Of a stretch of DNA of 64,000 nucleotides, positions 10,301 through 23,399 are shown in pieces. Position 1 is the stretch's first letter. Each line of letters starts with the position of its first letter. The notes under the pieces are model-generated. The model ran no database searches. It saw only the letters and a list, made by a program, of their open reading frames with translations, and was not told the DNA's origin. Source of the DNA: Malacoraja senta (lineage: Eukaryota); the NCBI GenBank assembly GCA_038087875.1, contig CM075995.1, positions 5,210,001 to 5,274,000 on the forward strand. Reading direction: 5' to 3'. The position numbers and the translations under genes are program-made.

Positions 10301-11258
10301 TATAATGCTCCCAATCAACAACATTGTATTTGCACCATGTTTCATTCCCCATCACTCCTGCCTGTCCCGCTGAGTTACTCCAGCATTTTATGTCTAACTT
10401 CGATTTAATCCAGCACCTTCAGTTCCTTCCTACACATGTGGAAATGATCATTATGCAGATTGCTGAGGTGCAATCCATTGCTAACAATTATCAGTGATAA
10501 TGCTGGTAATTGTTAGAAATGGATTCCATGAGTAACAGGACTCTTGAACCCTTTTGGTTTGGTGCATACTAATAAGCTAAGTGCTTTCACTACATGTATT
10601 TCAGACCATAACCAGGAACACGTGTGCACTAATGTCCTTGACACTTGCATGCATTGAGTGATCGCTTTGGTAGCTTTTCATTGTGACGATGCGTCAGTTA
10701 ACATTTGCAGTATAATTAAAGCCTACATCCAGAGTACACACGAGAAAGTGGGTGCAGCAAGAATACGTGGGTCATTATCAGGGTCGATATCCAGGGTGTG
10801 TGAAATTATTCATAATTGATGAGTTATAATTAGTTGCATAGCACTTGAAACTAATTCACTGTAAGTTTCTGACACTATATCACGATGGAAGCGTTTGCTA
10901 CTCTCATCGTCGGACACAGTGCATTTCTGTTTTCTCTCTGACTAATGTATGAGGTTAACAGAACAATACAAACGTCAAGTCAATGAGATGATCAAGTTAA
11001 ATTTACCCCTTTTCTCCCAGTTCTTATCAGTTGCCAAGGAACCAATACCCATTGTCTGAACTAAACATCATTCTGTGATGATATCCCAGATATTTTGCAT
11101 GGTTTGTTCCAGGTAACTGCAAAATAAGAGTAACTCTCGGGAAAGACTTCCCAGAACCTGGCGCAGTAGCGACTGGAGACATGATAGAAGTTTCTAAGAT
11201 TATGAGACTTCTGAGGCATTCAGTTTAGTTTTAGTTTAGAGATACAGCATGGAAACCA

Positions 11259-12159
11259 TGTGCGGACATGGCGCCGACGGACGAGAAGCCGAAGCAAAGA
11301 CGTGGAAGCCAAATAACCGAATGGAAACGAAGCCAAAATGCCAATTAACCAAAAGGGTGGGACGCCTAAATGCAAACTAACTGAAAGGGCAGGAAAAGTC
11401 AAATAACGGACATGACGTTACCGAGGGGGCGGGACTTGTCAGCGATTGGTCCAGTCCCCTGCATCCATCACATCACTGTGGAGGGATGAACATTGTCCCA
11501 CACGTCCGCTCCACCCGACCCACAGCCGTGGGAGAGTGAGGGCTGTCCCGAGGGATGCGCACCTTCGGCCGCTTACAACTTGGTCTCCACCGGCGGGAGG
11601 GTGGGGGTCATTTTCCCACACAGGCCATAGGTGACTGGGCAATCTGAACCCAAGCACCAAGTTGTAAGCAGCCGAAGGTGCGCATCCCTTGGGACAGCCC
11701 CCACTCTCCCACGGCCACCCTCTGCGGGCTGTGGGTCGGGTGGAGCAGAGGTGTGGGACAATGTTCATCCCTCCACAGTGATGTGATGGACGCGGGGGTC
11801 TGGACCAATCGCTGACAAGTCCCGCCCCCCGGCAACGTCATGTCCGTTATTTGACTTTTCTGTTGAGCGGCATTTGGTTCGTTGGCTTGTAGGTGACGCC
11901 GCCTTTCGGGTAGGTGGCGTTTCGGCAGAGCGGCCATTCGGTGAGTTTGCTTTTAGGCGATGCAGCCTTTCTGTTAGTTGGCTTTTAGGCGTCCCGCCCT
12001 TTCGGTTAGTTTGCATTTAGGCGTCCCACCCTTTTGGTTAGTTGGCATTTCGGCTTTGTTTCCATTCGGTTATTTGGCGTTTCGGCTTTGTTTCCATTCG
12101 GTTATTTGGCTTATACTTCTTTGCTTCGGCTTCTCGTCCGTCGGCGCCACGTCCGCACA
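11259..12159. mobile_element. ~900-bp foldback/palindromic non-autonomous DNA element
   Basis: Arms ~11259-11584 and ~11656-12159 are reverse complements (termini TGTGCGGAC...GTCCGCACA); right arm has an extra ~140 bp of internal repeats; no credible ORF. Confidence 0.8.
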
Positions 12160-12647
12160 CGCCTGTACTGTTCTATGTTCTGGAGGAATGAAACATAGCC
12201 ACTCTTTACATGTAGGGATTTCCTCAACTATTTAAGCAGTCAATGAAGGAGCTATAATTTCATTCATCCTTCCATCTGTGCATATGTGTTGGCTGTAAGT
12301 GATTTGCAGAGTTTGTGGATAACAAGAAACATTTTTTTAAAAGAATATAGGATTTATTATGCCTTTTGCATGAAATCTAATAGATTTTGTTGAATATGAG
12401 AAGCCTGTGTCTGGATATTATATTTTGTATTACTGTCCATTATTATTCCGGTTTGATGTATTGTCTAGCAACCAGCAGTGTACACTCGAGAAGGAAATCA
12501 ATAGGAGCCCATTTAAAAAGCTTTCTTCTTCATCATCTTTGCTCCCACTCATGAGAAACAAAATCCATCATTTTATTGAATAACAGTACTCGTGTCTTTT
12601 TGCTTTATAGTTGACCCATAAGAAAAGAGATTTTCCTATCATTAGAC

Positions 12648-12967
12648 TCGGCGCAGCGGTAGAGTTGCTGCCTTACAGTGCTTGCAGTGCCCGAGACCCG
12701 GGTTCGATCCCGACTACGGGTGCTGTTGTACGGGGTTTGTATATTCTCCCCGTGGGTTTTCTCCGAGATCTTCAGTTTCCTCCCACACTCAAAAGACTTA
12801 CAGGTATGTAGGTTAATTGGTTTGGTAAAATTGTAAAATTATTGTAAAATTGTAAATTATTGAGTGTAAGATAGTGCTAGTGTACGTTATAGGGATTGAT
12901 GGTCGGTGCAGACTCGGTGATCCGAAGGGCCTGTTTCCGCACCGTACCTCCAAACTAAACTAAGTTA
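12648..12967 (+). mobile_element. V-SINE (HE1-like)
   Basis: GGCGCAGCGGTAG head, GGTTCGATCC B-box, V core, CR1-type tail. Confidence 0.85.
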
Positions 12968-12968
12968 A

Positions 12969-14658
12969 AGGTACACAAAAATGCTGGAAAAACTCAGCGG
13001 GTGCAGCAGCATCTATGGAGCGAAGGAAATAGGCAACATTTCGGGCCGAAACCCTACTTCAGACTGATGGGGGGTGGGGAGAAGAAAGGAAAAAGGCGGA
13101 GGAGGAGCCCGAGGGCTGAGGAAGGGGAGGAGACAGCAAGGGCTAACAAAAATGGGAGAATTCAATGTTCATGTCCCCAGGATGCAGACTCCCCAAGCGG
13201 AATATGAGGTGCTGTTCCTCCAATTTCTGGTGTTGCTCGCTGTGGCCATGGAGGAGACCCAGGACAGAGAGGTCGGATACGGAATGGGTTGGTTATTGCG
13301 GACCGAGCGGAGGTGTTCGGCGAAACGATCGCCAAGCCTCCGCTTAGTCTCACCGATGTAGATCAGCTGACATCTAGAGCAGCGGATGCAATAGATGAAG
13401 TTGGAGGAGATGCAGGTGAACCTCTGTCGCTCCTGGAACGACTGATTGGGTCCTTGAATGGAGTCGAGGGGGGAGGTGAAGGGACAAGTGTTGCATCTCT
13501 TGCGGTTGCAAGGGAAAGTGCCCGGGGAGGGGGTGGTACGGGAGGGAAGGGAAGAATTGACAAGGGAGTTACGGAGGGAGCGGTCTTTGCGGAAGGCAGA
13601 CATGGGGGGGAGATGGGAAGATGTGGCGAGTGGTGGGGTCACGTTGGAGGTAGCAAAACTGACGGAGGATTACTTCTTGTATGTGACGGCTGGTGGGGTG
13701 AAAGGTGAGGACTAGGGGGACGCTGCCCTTGTTGCGAGTGGGGGGATGGGGAGAGAGAGCAGTGTTGCGGGGTATGGAAGAGACCCTGGTGCGAGCCTCA
13801 TCTATGGTGGAGGAGAGGAACCCCCGTTCCCTGAAGAATTAGGACATTTCAGATGCCCTGGTGTGGAACGCCTCATCCTGGGAGCAGATGCGGCGTAGAC
13901 GGTGGAATTGGGAGTAGGTGATGGAGTCCTTACAGGAAGCAGAGTGGGAAGAAGTGTAGTCCAGATAGCCATGGGAGTCAGTAGGTTTATAGTGGATGTC
14001 GGTCAGAAGTCTATCACCTGCGATGGAGATAATGAGGTCAAGGAATGGTAGGGAAGTGTCGGAAATGGTCCAGGTGTATTTGAGTGCCGGATGGAAGTTA
14101 GTGATAAAGTGGATGAAGTCAGTCAGTTGTGTGTGGGTGCAGGAGGTGGCACCAAAGCAGTCGTCGATGTAGCGGAGGTAGAGGTCGGGGATGGGGCCCT
14201 GGTACGTATTGAACAAGGATTGTTTGACGTACCCGACAAAGAGGCAGGCGTAGCTGGGACCCATGCGTGTGCCCATAGCTACGCCTTGTATTTGGATTGG
14301 AGAAAATGGGAGGAGTCAAACGAGAATTTATTGAGGGTAAGGACCAGCGGAGGAGGGTGTCAGTGGCTGGGTATAGGTTGCTTCTCTGGTCGAGGAAGAA
14401 CCGGAGGGGTTTGAGACCATCGTGGTGGGAAGATTCAAACAAGGGGACATGACTTGAGAATTAAGAGACAGAAGTTTAGGGGTAACATTAGGGGGAACTT
14501 CTTTACTCAGAGAGTGGTAGCTGTGTGGAATGAGCTTCCAGTGGAAGTGGTGGAGGCAGGTTCGATTTTATCCTTTAAAAATAGATTGGACGGGTATATG
14601 GACAGGAAAGGAATGGAGGGTTATGGTCTGAGTGCAGGTAGATGGGACTAGGGGGAAG

Positions 14659-14689
<31 letters not shown>

Positions 14690-15000
14690 ACTTTATTTTT
14701 TGAAATGTTCAGCACGGACTTGAAGGGCCGAGATGGCCTGTTTCCGTGCTGTAATGGTTATATGGTTATATATGGGATGGAGGTGTAGAGTAACTGGACG
14801 CCATGGTGAAGATGAGGGGGTGAGGGCCTAGAGAAGGGAATGCGCAGAGACGACGGAGAGTGTCTGAGGTGTCTTGAACATAGGTAGGGAGGGAGGGATT
14901 TAACCAAGGGTGATAGGATGGAGTCAAGGTAGATGGAAATTAGTTCGGTGGGGCACGAACAGGCAGAGACAATGGGTCTACCGGGACAGTCAGGTTTAGT
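12969..15000 (-). mobile_element. Penelope-like retrotransposon, 3' half, degenerate
   Basis: RT motifs MGTRMGPSYA and RYIDDCFG (13839-14276); GIY-YIG IYCIRC...YIGET...RFAEH (13169-13642); hammerhead-like 3' tail at 12969-13065. Confidence 0.9.
14427..14772 (+). mobile_element. CR1 3' end inserted into the Penelope RT region
   Basis: Nearly identical to 6593-6825 of the young CR1; Penelope RT resumes at ~14773. Confidence 0.9.
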
Positions 15001-15549
15001 GTTAAACTAAGTTAAATGTCTCTGCAAGGGACTATCAGCTGGTGTCAGGCTTCAACAGTTGGGCTGACTGTGTGGTCCTGGGTACGAGCTGAAACTTGTT
15101 CCAAACAGGACATGCCACAGCCTCCTGGGCTCTTCCAGCGGTGGATGATGACTGGATGTGATGGTGCCTGAGGTAATGGTTTTCAGCAATGATGCAGCCT
15201 GGGCAATTGGGGATTGGCGGTGTTGAATAAATCATTCATTCATCTACGAAGATGTGGTGGGGTGGGGGGTTTGGCAAACGGTGACTCTCTTATATGGAAA
15301 CCAAGGCACACAGTGTCTGTACCGGAGCTGAAACTACAAATTGAAACCTCCATGTATTTGAATACTTACATAACACACTTTACTTCTGCACAAAGTATCT
15401 TGTCTGAGCAGAAGGGAAACTGAAGTGTTTTACTGGTTCATGCCTAGTCAAAGTAAGCTCACCCCACCAGAGGTCTCAGCCAGACCGTAAACTAAGAAAA
15501 GCTTAAAAGTGATGCAGTAGTAACAAAAGGGCAATGTAATGTCTTCCTT

Positions 15550-15695
15550 TTCTGAGATCCGAAGAAGGATGTCGACCCGAAATGTCACCTATTCCATTTC
15601 TCCAGAGATGCTGTCTTGACTCGCTGAGTTACTCCAGCTTTGTTTGTCTATCTTCGGTTAAAACCAGCATCTGCAGTTCCTTCGTTCTCATTTGT
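15550..15695 (+). mobile_element. Degenerate Penelope tail / hammerhead-like repeat
   Basis: CCGAAGAAGG...CCCGAAATGTCACC...GAGATGCTG...GAGTTACTCCAGC. Confidence 0.7.
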
Positions 15696-15739
15696 TCTCT
15701 TTCTTTCCCCCTCCCCCTCCCACCTGTCCCCGTTTGGCC

Positions 15740-15949
15740 CATAGAAACATAGAAAATAGGTGCAGGAGTAGGCCATTCGGCCCTTCGAGCCTGCACCACC
15801 ATTCAATATGATCATGGCTGATCATCCAACTCAGTATCCTGTACCTGCCTTCTCTCCATACCCCCTGATCCCTTTAGCCACAAGGGCCACATCTAACTCC
15901 CTCTTAAATATAGCCAATGAACTGGCCTCAACTACCTTCTGTGGCAGAG
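15740..15949 (-). mobile_element. CR1 3' end, split by a DIRS insertion (continues 31265-32250)
   Basis: (TTTCTATG)n tail; joining the two parts restores GGCAGAGAATTCCAGAGA. Confidence 0.9.
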
Positions 15950-16727
15950 AATAGTAAGATTAAACGAGAATTTACCAGTTTGAAGTTTGATCTTTATTTT
16001 ATGAGGAGTTACGTTGGTGATTACGTGAAGAAGACCCGTCAGGGCGCCTGCGCGTCAATCTTCAAAGCAGGGGTGTGAAATCACAAACAACAAGAACGAA
16101 GTAATATAGTAACCTAATAAAACGAGTAAATTAAGAACTTCCATCTGACCTTTATGATAGAGGGTTGGGCGTGGTGGGCACGTAATCACCAACGTAACTC
16201 CTCATAAAATAAAGATCAAACTTCAAACTGGTAAGTTCTCGTTTAATCTTACTATTTTACTTCGGAGTCACGTGAGTGACTACGTGAAGATTTTAAAGCT
16301 TTGTGATTTCATGCCGCAGATACAAATCCCGGCTTCTCACTGCATTGATTGACTCGGAACGAGAAATCATCAATAATGCATTAATAATAACATTTATACA
16401 ACAAATGCAGTAATTCTTTTTTTTTTTTTTTTAATATTTTTATTTTATTAGAAGTAAGTACAATCATACAATCATATTTTCATAATACCTTTTATGTACA
16501 GCTTCTTATTTAAAAAAAAATTTTGAAATAAAGAAGAAAAAGAAAAAAGTTAGGTAATGAAAAATAGAAAAATGTGAGAAATATAGTGTGTGAAAAATAA
16601 AAATAAAGAATGAAAAAAGAAAGTTGAGACATAGAAAATAGAAGAAAGAGAATAAAAGAAGAGAAGAGAAGAAAAGAAAATAGGAGATCATTTATAATCT
16701 TGACCATCCGCAGTCACGGATTAGCTT

Positions 16728-19700
16728 TTACACCTGTTTTGCACCATATGTTTCCAAAAAGATGACAAATGGAGACCAACTCGTTATGAATTGGTCAAAT
16801 TTATCTATTAGGAGGAATCGCATTTCCTCAAGATGTGCGGTATCCAACATACTTGCAATCCACATTTTGAGCGTTGGTATTGGTGTATTTTTCCAAAATT
16901 TCAATATTAATTTTTTTGCTATTATTAAACCATAATTAAAAATTGACTTTTCAGATGAGCTCAATTTGTTCCCGTCTTCCATTACCCCAAATATAATCAA
17001 TTCATTATTGGGTTCCATTTTTGTCTTAAATAATTTTGTAAATATTTCGAAAATATCACTCCAAAATCCATGAAGTTTTATACAAGAAACAAAAGAGTGT
17101 GTTATAGTTGCGTCTTGGGTTAAACATTTATCGCAAATGGGCGATATATTTGGATAACATTTATTTAATCTTGTTTTTGAGTAATATAATCTATGTAAAT
17201 TTTTTAATTGCATTAGGTCATGTCTTGCGTTAATCGAACACTTGTGAATGTATGTCAAATACTTTTCCCATGCAGCCTTCGTAATTTTTATCAATAATTC
17301 CCGTTCCCACTCTTCTCTAATTACCTCGGTCACAGGTAAATCTATATTTAAGATACTATTATATAAATATGATATTAATTTTTGTGTATCAGCTTTTATA
17401 TTCATTACTTCTTCTAGTAAATCAGGAGTTATTTTTTGATATCCCTGTATGTATGTCTTCAAAAAATTACAAATCTGAAAATATTTAAAATAATGAGTGT
17501 TTTTCAGTTTAAATTTTAATTGTAATTGTTGAAATGATAATAAATCTCCCATTTCATACATATCCCCGATCCTTTTAATTCCTAAACTTTCCCATTGATT
17601 ATATATTTTATCCATCATAGATGGTTTGAATAAAGGATTATTCGCTATCGGTGTTAACAATGATAGGTTTCTTAATTTTAAGGATAATTTTATTTGTTTC
17701 CATATTCTTATTGTATCTTGTATAATTGGGTTTTCTTATATATTGTATTGTTCATTTTTTTCGGGGAGAAGAGGATTGTTCCTATATTACAAGGATAACA
17801 ATCCTCTTTCTCCATTTTTATCCATTCTGTCTGTTGAGTTGAACTATCCAACCAGTAAATTATATTCTTAATATGTATTGCCCAATAGTAATACAAAAAA
17901 TTAGGGAGTGAAAGTCCCCCGACATCTTTTGGTTTACATAAGTGTTCTTTTTTAATTCTATGTGATTTGTAATCCCAAACAAAATTAGTAATATTAGCGT
18001 TCAGTTTAGAAAAAAATTATTTTGGTACATATACTGGTACAGATTGAAATAGGTATAATAACTGTGGTAGGAAGCTCATTTTAATAGCATTTATTCTGCC
18101 TATTAATGATAAAGGGAGTGTTTTCCAAAATTTTATCATTATATTAAGTTTATTTATTAAGGGTATAAAATTGGCATTGAATAGAGCTTTATGTTTTCTA
18201 GTAATCTGAATACCCAAATATTTGAATTTTTCTGTTGCTATTTTAAAGGGGAATTTCAATAAGTGTGTGGATTCTTGAGGTTTTAACGTCATAATTTCAC
18301 TTTTGTTCCAGTTTATTCTATATCCAGAAAAGGACCCAAATTCCTCTATTAAATTTAATAAATTTGGTATGCTCGTTTGTGAATTTGTTATATATAACAA
18401 AATATCGTCTGCATACAATGAAATTTTATTATTTGAGTCCCTAGTATTATAACCCTGAATATTCGGATGGCTTCTTATACTTTCAGCCAGAGGTTCTGTC
18501 ATAAGGGCAAATAGCAGGGGTGATAAAGCACATCCCTGCCTATTACCCCTTGATAATTGAAATTTTTGAGATAACATGCTGTTAGTTAATATTCTTGCCA
18601 TCGGTTTATCATATAATAATTTCACCCATGCAATAAAATTCTCTCCCATATTAAATTTTTGTAATACTATGTATAAATACTGCCATTCTACCTGATCAAA
18701 TGCTTTCTCTGCGTCCAAAGAAATAATTGCTAAGTCTTTTTCCTCCGTTTTATGTGAGTACATTATATTAAACAGGCGTCTCAAATTATTAAATGAATAT
18801 CTTTTGGGTATAAACCCCGTTTGATCAGGGTTTATCAATTTACTAATATATTTGCTTAGTCTTCTAGCTAAAGTCTTTGCTAGAATTTTCTGGTCGGTAT
18901 TTAAAAGTGATATAGCTCTATATGAGCCTGGTTCCTCTAGATCTTTATCTTTCTTTGGAATAAGCGTAATAGTTGATTCTGCTAATGTTTCAGATAATTT
19001 ATTTTCTTTAAAAACGTGAGTATATAAATTAAATAGATAGGGGGTCGTTATCTCATGAAACTTTTTATAAAATTAATTACTAAAACCATCTGGTCCCGGT
19101 GTCTTACCATTTTTCAGCGATTTTATTGTTTCACCTATTTCTTCGATTGTAATTTGCGCTCCTAGTTCTTCTTGTTCCAAAAGGTCAAGTTTTTGTAGAT
19201 TACATTTATCTAAAAAGTTTTTAATTTTACTATCTTCTGTTTTGGTTTTTGATGTGTATAAATTTTGATAAAATTGAACAAATCTTTTATTGATATCTTT
19301 AGGTAGTGTTAGTAATTCACCATTCTCGGATTTAATTTAATTTATAGTATTTTCCTTTTCCTGTTTTTTCAATTGACGCGCTAACAGCTTATGTGGTTTG
19401 TCACCAAACTCAAAATGTTCCTGTTTTGTAATTTGGAATAATCTTATTACTCTTGCCGAGAGAATTCGGTTAAGTTTAAATTTCAGTAGTATTATCTTAT
19501 TATGTTTATCTATAGTGGGATCTTTAGCATTATCTAACTCTAACTGTCTTATTTCTTGTTCTAACAGCATCTGTTCTGTTTTATTCTTCTTATTTTAAAA
19601 AATTTCATATGAAATTATAATTCCTCTAATAAATGCTTTAAAAGTTTCCCATATTAAAGAAGGTGATATCATTTGTTGTTTCAAATATTGATAACCCTGT

Positions 19701-20499
19701 AAGTCATTTAATATATATGTGTTAAACCTCCAAAAAAAATTCTTTCCCGGCATTCCTTCAAATTTTACTAAGTCAATGGAGAGTGATCAGAAATACTACT
19801 AATATGGTAAGTTGGGTTAATTATATATGGCATTAATTTCTTATCCACTAAAAAATAATCAATTCTTGAGTATGTTTTATGTACCGAAGAGTAAAACGAG
19901 TATTCCCTTCCTGCTGGGTTAGCAGATCTCCATACATCTGTTATGTTAGTATTTTTTATATATGTATTTAGAAATTCACTAGTCTTAGATTTTGTATTAC
20001 TCCTTCTTTGTTTTGCTGATTTGTCTAAGTATGGATCTAAAACACAGTTGAAATCCCCTCCTATTATGACATTTTGATAATTAAACTCCAGTATTATATC
20101 TATAATTTTCTCAAAAAATTGAGGGTTATCAAAATTCGGAGCGTAAATATTTACCATAGTTATTGGGGTAGCATAAATTTCTCCCGAAACTATGATATAC
20201 CTTCCCTCTTTATCTGATATAGTATTCTTTAATTTGAATGGTATACCTTTTCGAATAAGAATAGCCGTACCTCTAGATTTAGAAGTAAATGACGAATAAT
20301 ATGTTTGGCCTATCCACTTCACCTTTAATATCATTTGTGTTTCCTGTTTCATGTGAGTTTCTTGCAAGTAAATTATGTTGCTTTTCAAAGATTTTAGGTG
20401 AGCAAAAATTTTACCCCTCTTTATTGGTTCATTGGCACCCCTTATATTCCAACTACAGAATGTGATTCCTCCATTCTTTATTTGCCTGTCGTCTTGCAT
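16728..20499 (-). pseudogene. L1 ORF2 (APE plus RT plus C-terminal Cys region) broken by stops and frameshifts
   Basis: SWNIRG, LQETH, GGDFN, YSRIDY, SDH; DAEKAFD, RQGCALSP, LYADD; CDKC...THSFVSC spread over several ORF fragments. Confidence 0.9.
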
Positions 20500-21124
20500 T
20501 GTATATCAAAGTGATGTTCTTGAAACATATGGTGCAAACAAATACCTCCGTGTTCTGGACGTTGGGTGGTCATTCCAAATTTTTAAGTTTACATTACATC
20601 TCCATCTCCAAAAGTGCCTTAGATAAAGCAAGAAAAGTTGTGATTTACAATTAATTAAACACAAACTAAGTAAATACAAATTTATATAGTGATTTTAAAA
20701 AAAAAGTGAAATTAAGGTATCTAAAAGCAGGTACCTTAAAGACAAATAGCCACCTAAGGTGGCGAAAGAATTATAGACTTCCCTTGATGTTATTTTACAG
20801 TGAGCCCCAATCCCTTATTAACACCTCGTAAAAAAACTACAAACCGTCTCATATCTTGTTTATTCTTGTATAACTTTATCAAACTAGCGTTAGTAAAATG
20901 CCCCCCCCCAAAAAAAATTAATAATAATAATAATAATAATAACAAAAATATGCAAAGATAAAATATTAAAGAGTTAAAAAAAAAAAAAAAAAAATGTAAT
21001 TAAACCCCAAATCCAAATATAAACCACAACCTATTCTCATTTCTATAAGTATTTGTACCGTCTATAAGTATTTGTACCAGTTCCAGCTCCATCTTAGAAA
21101 TTAAAAAGTTCCTTGTTCATTCCT

Positions 21125-22150
21125 TTAGTCGTCTTCTTCCGATGTTTCCAATGCTTTCCTCATGATATCTTCTGCATATTTAAATGCTTTTTCTGGGTCC
21201 GTAAATGAGCGCTCAATTTCCTTATAAGTAATTTTCATTTTTGCAGGAAAAACAATACCATATCTGACTTTAGAAATACCCCTCAATATGTTTCTTGTCG
21301 GTGTAAACAGGTTCATTCTCTGGACAATCTCTGGAGGATAATCACGGAAAAATCGGATCTTTTCCCCACGATATATCAAATTTTCACCATGAACAATCTT
21401 CTTCAGTATAGATTCCACTGAAGAAATATCAAGAAATTTCACAATTATCTGTCTTGGAGCAGCATTTATGCCTCTTGAGACACGTCCAACTCGTTGAACA
21501 GTATCTATTCTTAGTTCTCCCGGCAGTTTAAGAACCTCTTTGAGTAATTCAGTAACGAAAGTATGTGTTTGAGATACATGTTCTTCTCGTCCTTCTCTTA
21601 CTCCAACGATTCTCAAATTCTGCCTTCTCGCTCTCGCTTCCAAGTCCAAACATTTGTCAGTCATTCTTGCCAGCTTTTCTGCTTCATCTTTCTTTGATTT
21701 TTTCAGACTGTTTACTTCCATGATCATCTCTTTCATATCACTTTCCATCTCTTCCATTCTCTCATCAATGTTGTCCATCTTAGCATTTACACCAAAAAGT
21801 TTCTTATTATAATCCTTTTCAACTCTAACAATTTCTGAGTTAAGTTTTTTATCAAACTCATTATGTTGCTTCTTCAGCTCCTTTAACTCATCACAGGCAC
21901 CATCAATTTTATGAGAAAATATTTCCATATTATTCTCCATACTCTTAATTGTAGTAGTAATTTCTACAAACATTTCCTTTACCTCCAGTTCTTTCTTTCC
22001 TCCTTTTGTAGCCATTTCCAGCACAACTCCTTGGCTATCGGACTCCTCCTCAGAACCTTCTTCAGTTGTTTGCAGAGTATCCAAAACACTTTTCAGCTGG
22101 AGGCTTATAGTAGTTTTTTTTGGTGCGCGTGAACAAGTCCTCTTGCTCAT
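21125..22150 (-). CDS. L1 ORF1p (coiled coil, RRM, CTD), intact 341 aa
   Basis: Heptad-rich N-half; DLEARARRQNLRIVGVRE, PRQIIVKF and IRFFRDY motifs. Confidence 0.88.
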   Translation of the reverse strand: MSKRTCSRAPKKTTISLQLKSVLDTLQTTEEGSEEESDSQGVVLEMATKGGKKELEVKEMFVEITTTIKSMENNMEIFSHKIDGACDELKELKKQHNEFDKKLNSEIVRVEKDYNKKLFGVNAKMDNIDERMEEMESDMKEMIMEVNSLKKSKKDEAEKLARMTDKCLDLEARARRQNLRIVGVREGREEHVSQTHTFVTELLKEVLKLPGELRIDTVQRVGRVSRGINAAPRQIIVKFLDISSVESILKKIVHGENLIYRGEKIRFFRDYPPEIVQRMNLFTPTRNILRGISKVRYGIVFPAKMKITYKEIERSFTDPEKAFKYAEDIMRKALETSEEDD

Positions 22151-22335
22151 TTAAAAGTCCGTTATCTAATCATGTTTTCCTTATGCAAACCAAGCAGCTC
22201 CGTTGAGTTATTTTTAACTTTAAAACGGCTTTTTGATCATTTTTACGGGAGTAAAGCTCACTGCAGCGTCCTCAATGTTTCATGACGCTACCGGAAGTCA
22301 TGAAATTAATAGGATCCCCTTTAAACCAGAGGAAT

Positions 22336-23316
22336 TTATACAGAACTTAAAATAGTTTCTGCAAACAGTCCCGCATTAACAATAAGCCGATGGTAAAACT
22401 GTTGAAACATCAACTCATTGGACCACCCGGCGGCTGCGAGAATATAGTCGACGGGGACGTCCTTCGCCCTGGCCACCGATGTTGCTGCTGCCCTAGTCGA
22501 ATGGGATGTAAAAACATCAGTGTTAATACCTGCAGCTATCAAGACTTGTTTTAGCCATCTTGAAATAGTCTGTACTGAGACTCTCTTGTGTGGTTTCTTG
22601 TGTGTGATAAACAATCCAGTTTCCATATTTCGTAAGATCTTTGTAACCTCAATGTATTGAAACAAATATGTCTTAATACAGAGGCATGGATCCATTGGAT
22701 ATGCTGACAAAACAATTCTGAATCCTGTCACACCTGGCCTACTTTGTTTCAGTAGGTCATAAATGTAAAACATAACATTATCTTCAGCTACTTCCATCCT
22801 GTCTATTTGCAATTTTTGCAATGTCTGCACTCGCTGTGCTGTTACTAATGCCATTAACATGACCACTTTCATACTGAGTTTGGCCAAAGGCAAAGACATA
22901 CCAGGGGACCATTCACGAAGTAGCTTAAGAACCACACTTACATTCCAGATTGCCATGTACCTAGGCTTAGGAGGTCTGGAATTAATAATTCCTTTCATCA
23001 ATCTGGAAACAAGTGGATGAGACCCAATAGGATTTCCTTCTGAATCCACAAATAAATATGAGGCCAATGCACTCCTGGCTGAATTAATTGCACTATAACT
23101 CAACCCCTCATCATAGTAAAGTGTTGACAAAAACTCTAAAACATTTGAGATTTCTGCCGTACAATATTCAACATTCTTTTGTACACAGAACTTTTCCCAT
23201 TTCTTAATATAAGAAAGGTACTGCTTTTGAGTGCTCTTCCTCCAGGCTGCCGTAAGCATGTCCACAGTACGCACAGACAGTCCTCGCCAGAGAAAAGGCC
23301 TTCTTAAAACCTGCAA
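22336..23316 (-). CDS. DIRS-A tyrosine recombinase, open 326 codons
   Basis: Catalytic-type residues R (AQRVQTL), K (LLKQSR), HSTR, W (AAGWS) and Y (QQFYH). Confidence 0.88.
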   Translation of the reverse strand: MQVLRRPFLWRGLSVRTVDMLTAAWRKSTQKQYLSYIKKWEKFCVQKNVEYCTAEISNVLEFLSTLYYDEGLSYSAINSARSALASYLFVDSEGNPIGSHPLVSRLMKGIINSRPPKPRYMAIWNVSVVLKLLREWSPGMSLPLAKLSMKVVMLMALVTAQRVQTLQKLQIDRMEVAEDNVMFYIYDLLKQSRPGVTGFRIVLSAYPMDPCLCIKTYLFQYIEVTKILRNMETGLFITHKKPHKRVSVQTISRWLKQVLIAAGINTDVFTSHSTRAAATSVARAKDVPVDYILAAAGWSNELMFQQFYHRLIVNAGLFAETILSSV

Positions 23317-23399
23317 ATTAACAAATCCAAATGATCATATAATGGATGTTGTTCTCCTGTTACCGGATGCAGTAGTAAATCCCTTCTTTTTGGGACTTT

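Larger units (their letters stand above)
16417..22299 (-). mobile_element. Apparently full-length L1-clade LINE (~5.9 kb)
   Basis: 5' GACTTCCGG start, ORF1, ~620-bp spacer, disrupted ORF2, AATAAA and poly(A) (T-run 16417-16432). Confidence 0.92.

Noticed and set aside
11007..11117. Minus-strand 111-nt open segment between AG and GT
   Set aside because: Weak donor, unrecognised peptide, and it overlaps an equally plausible plus-strand candidate.
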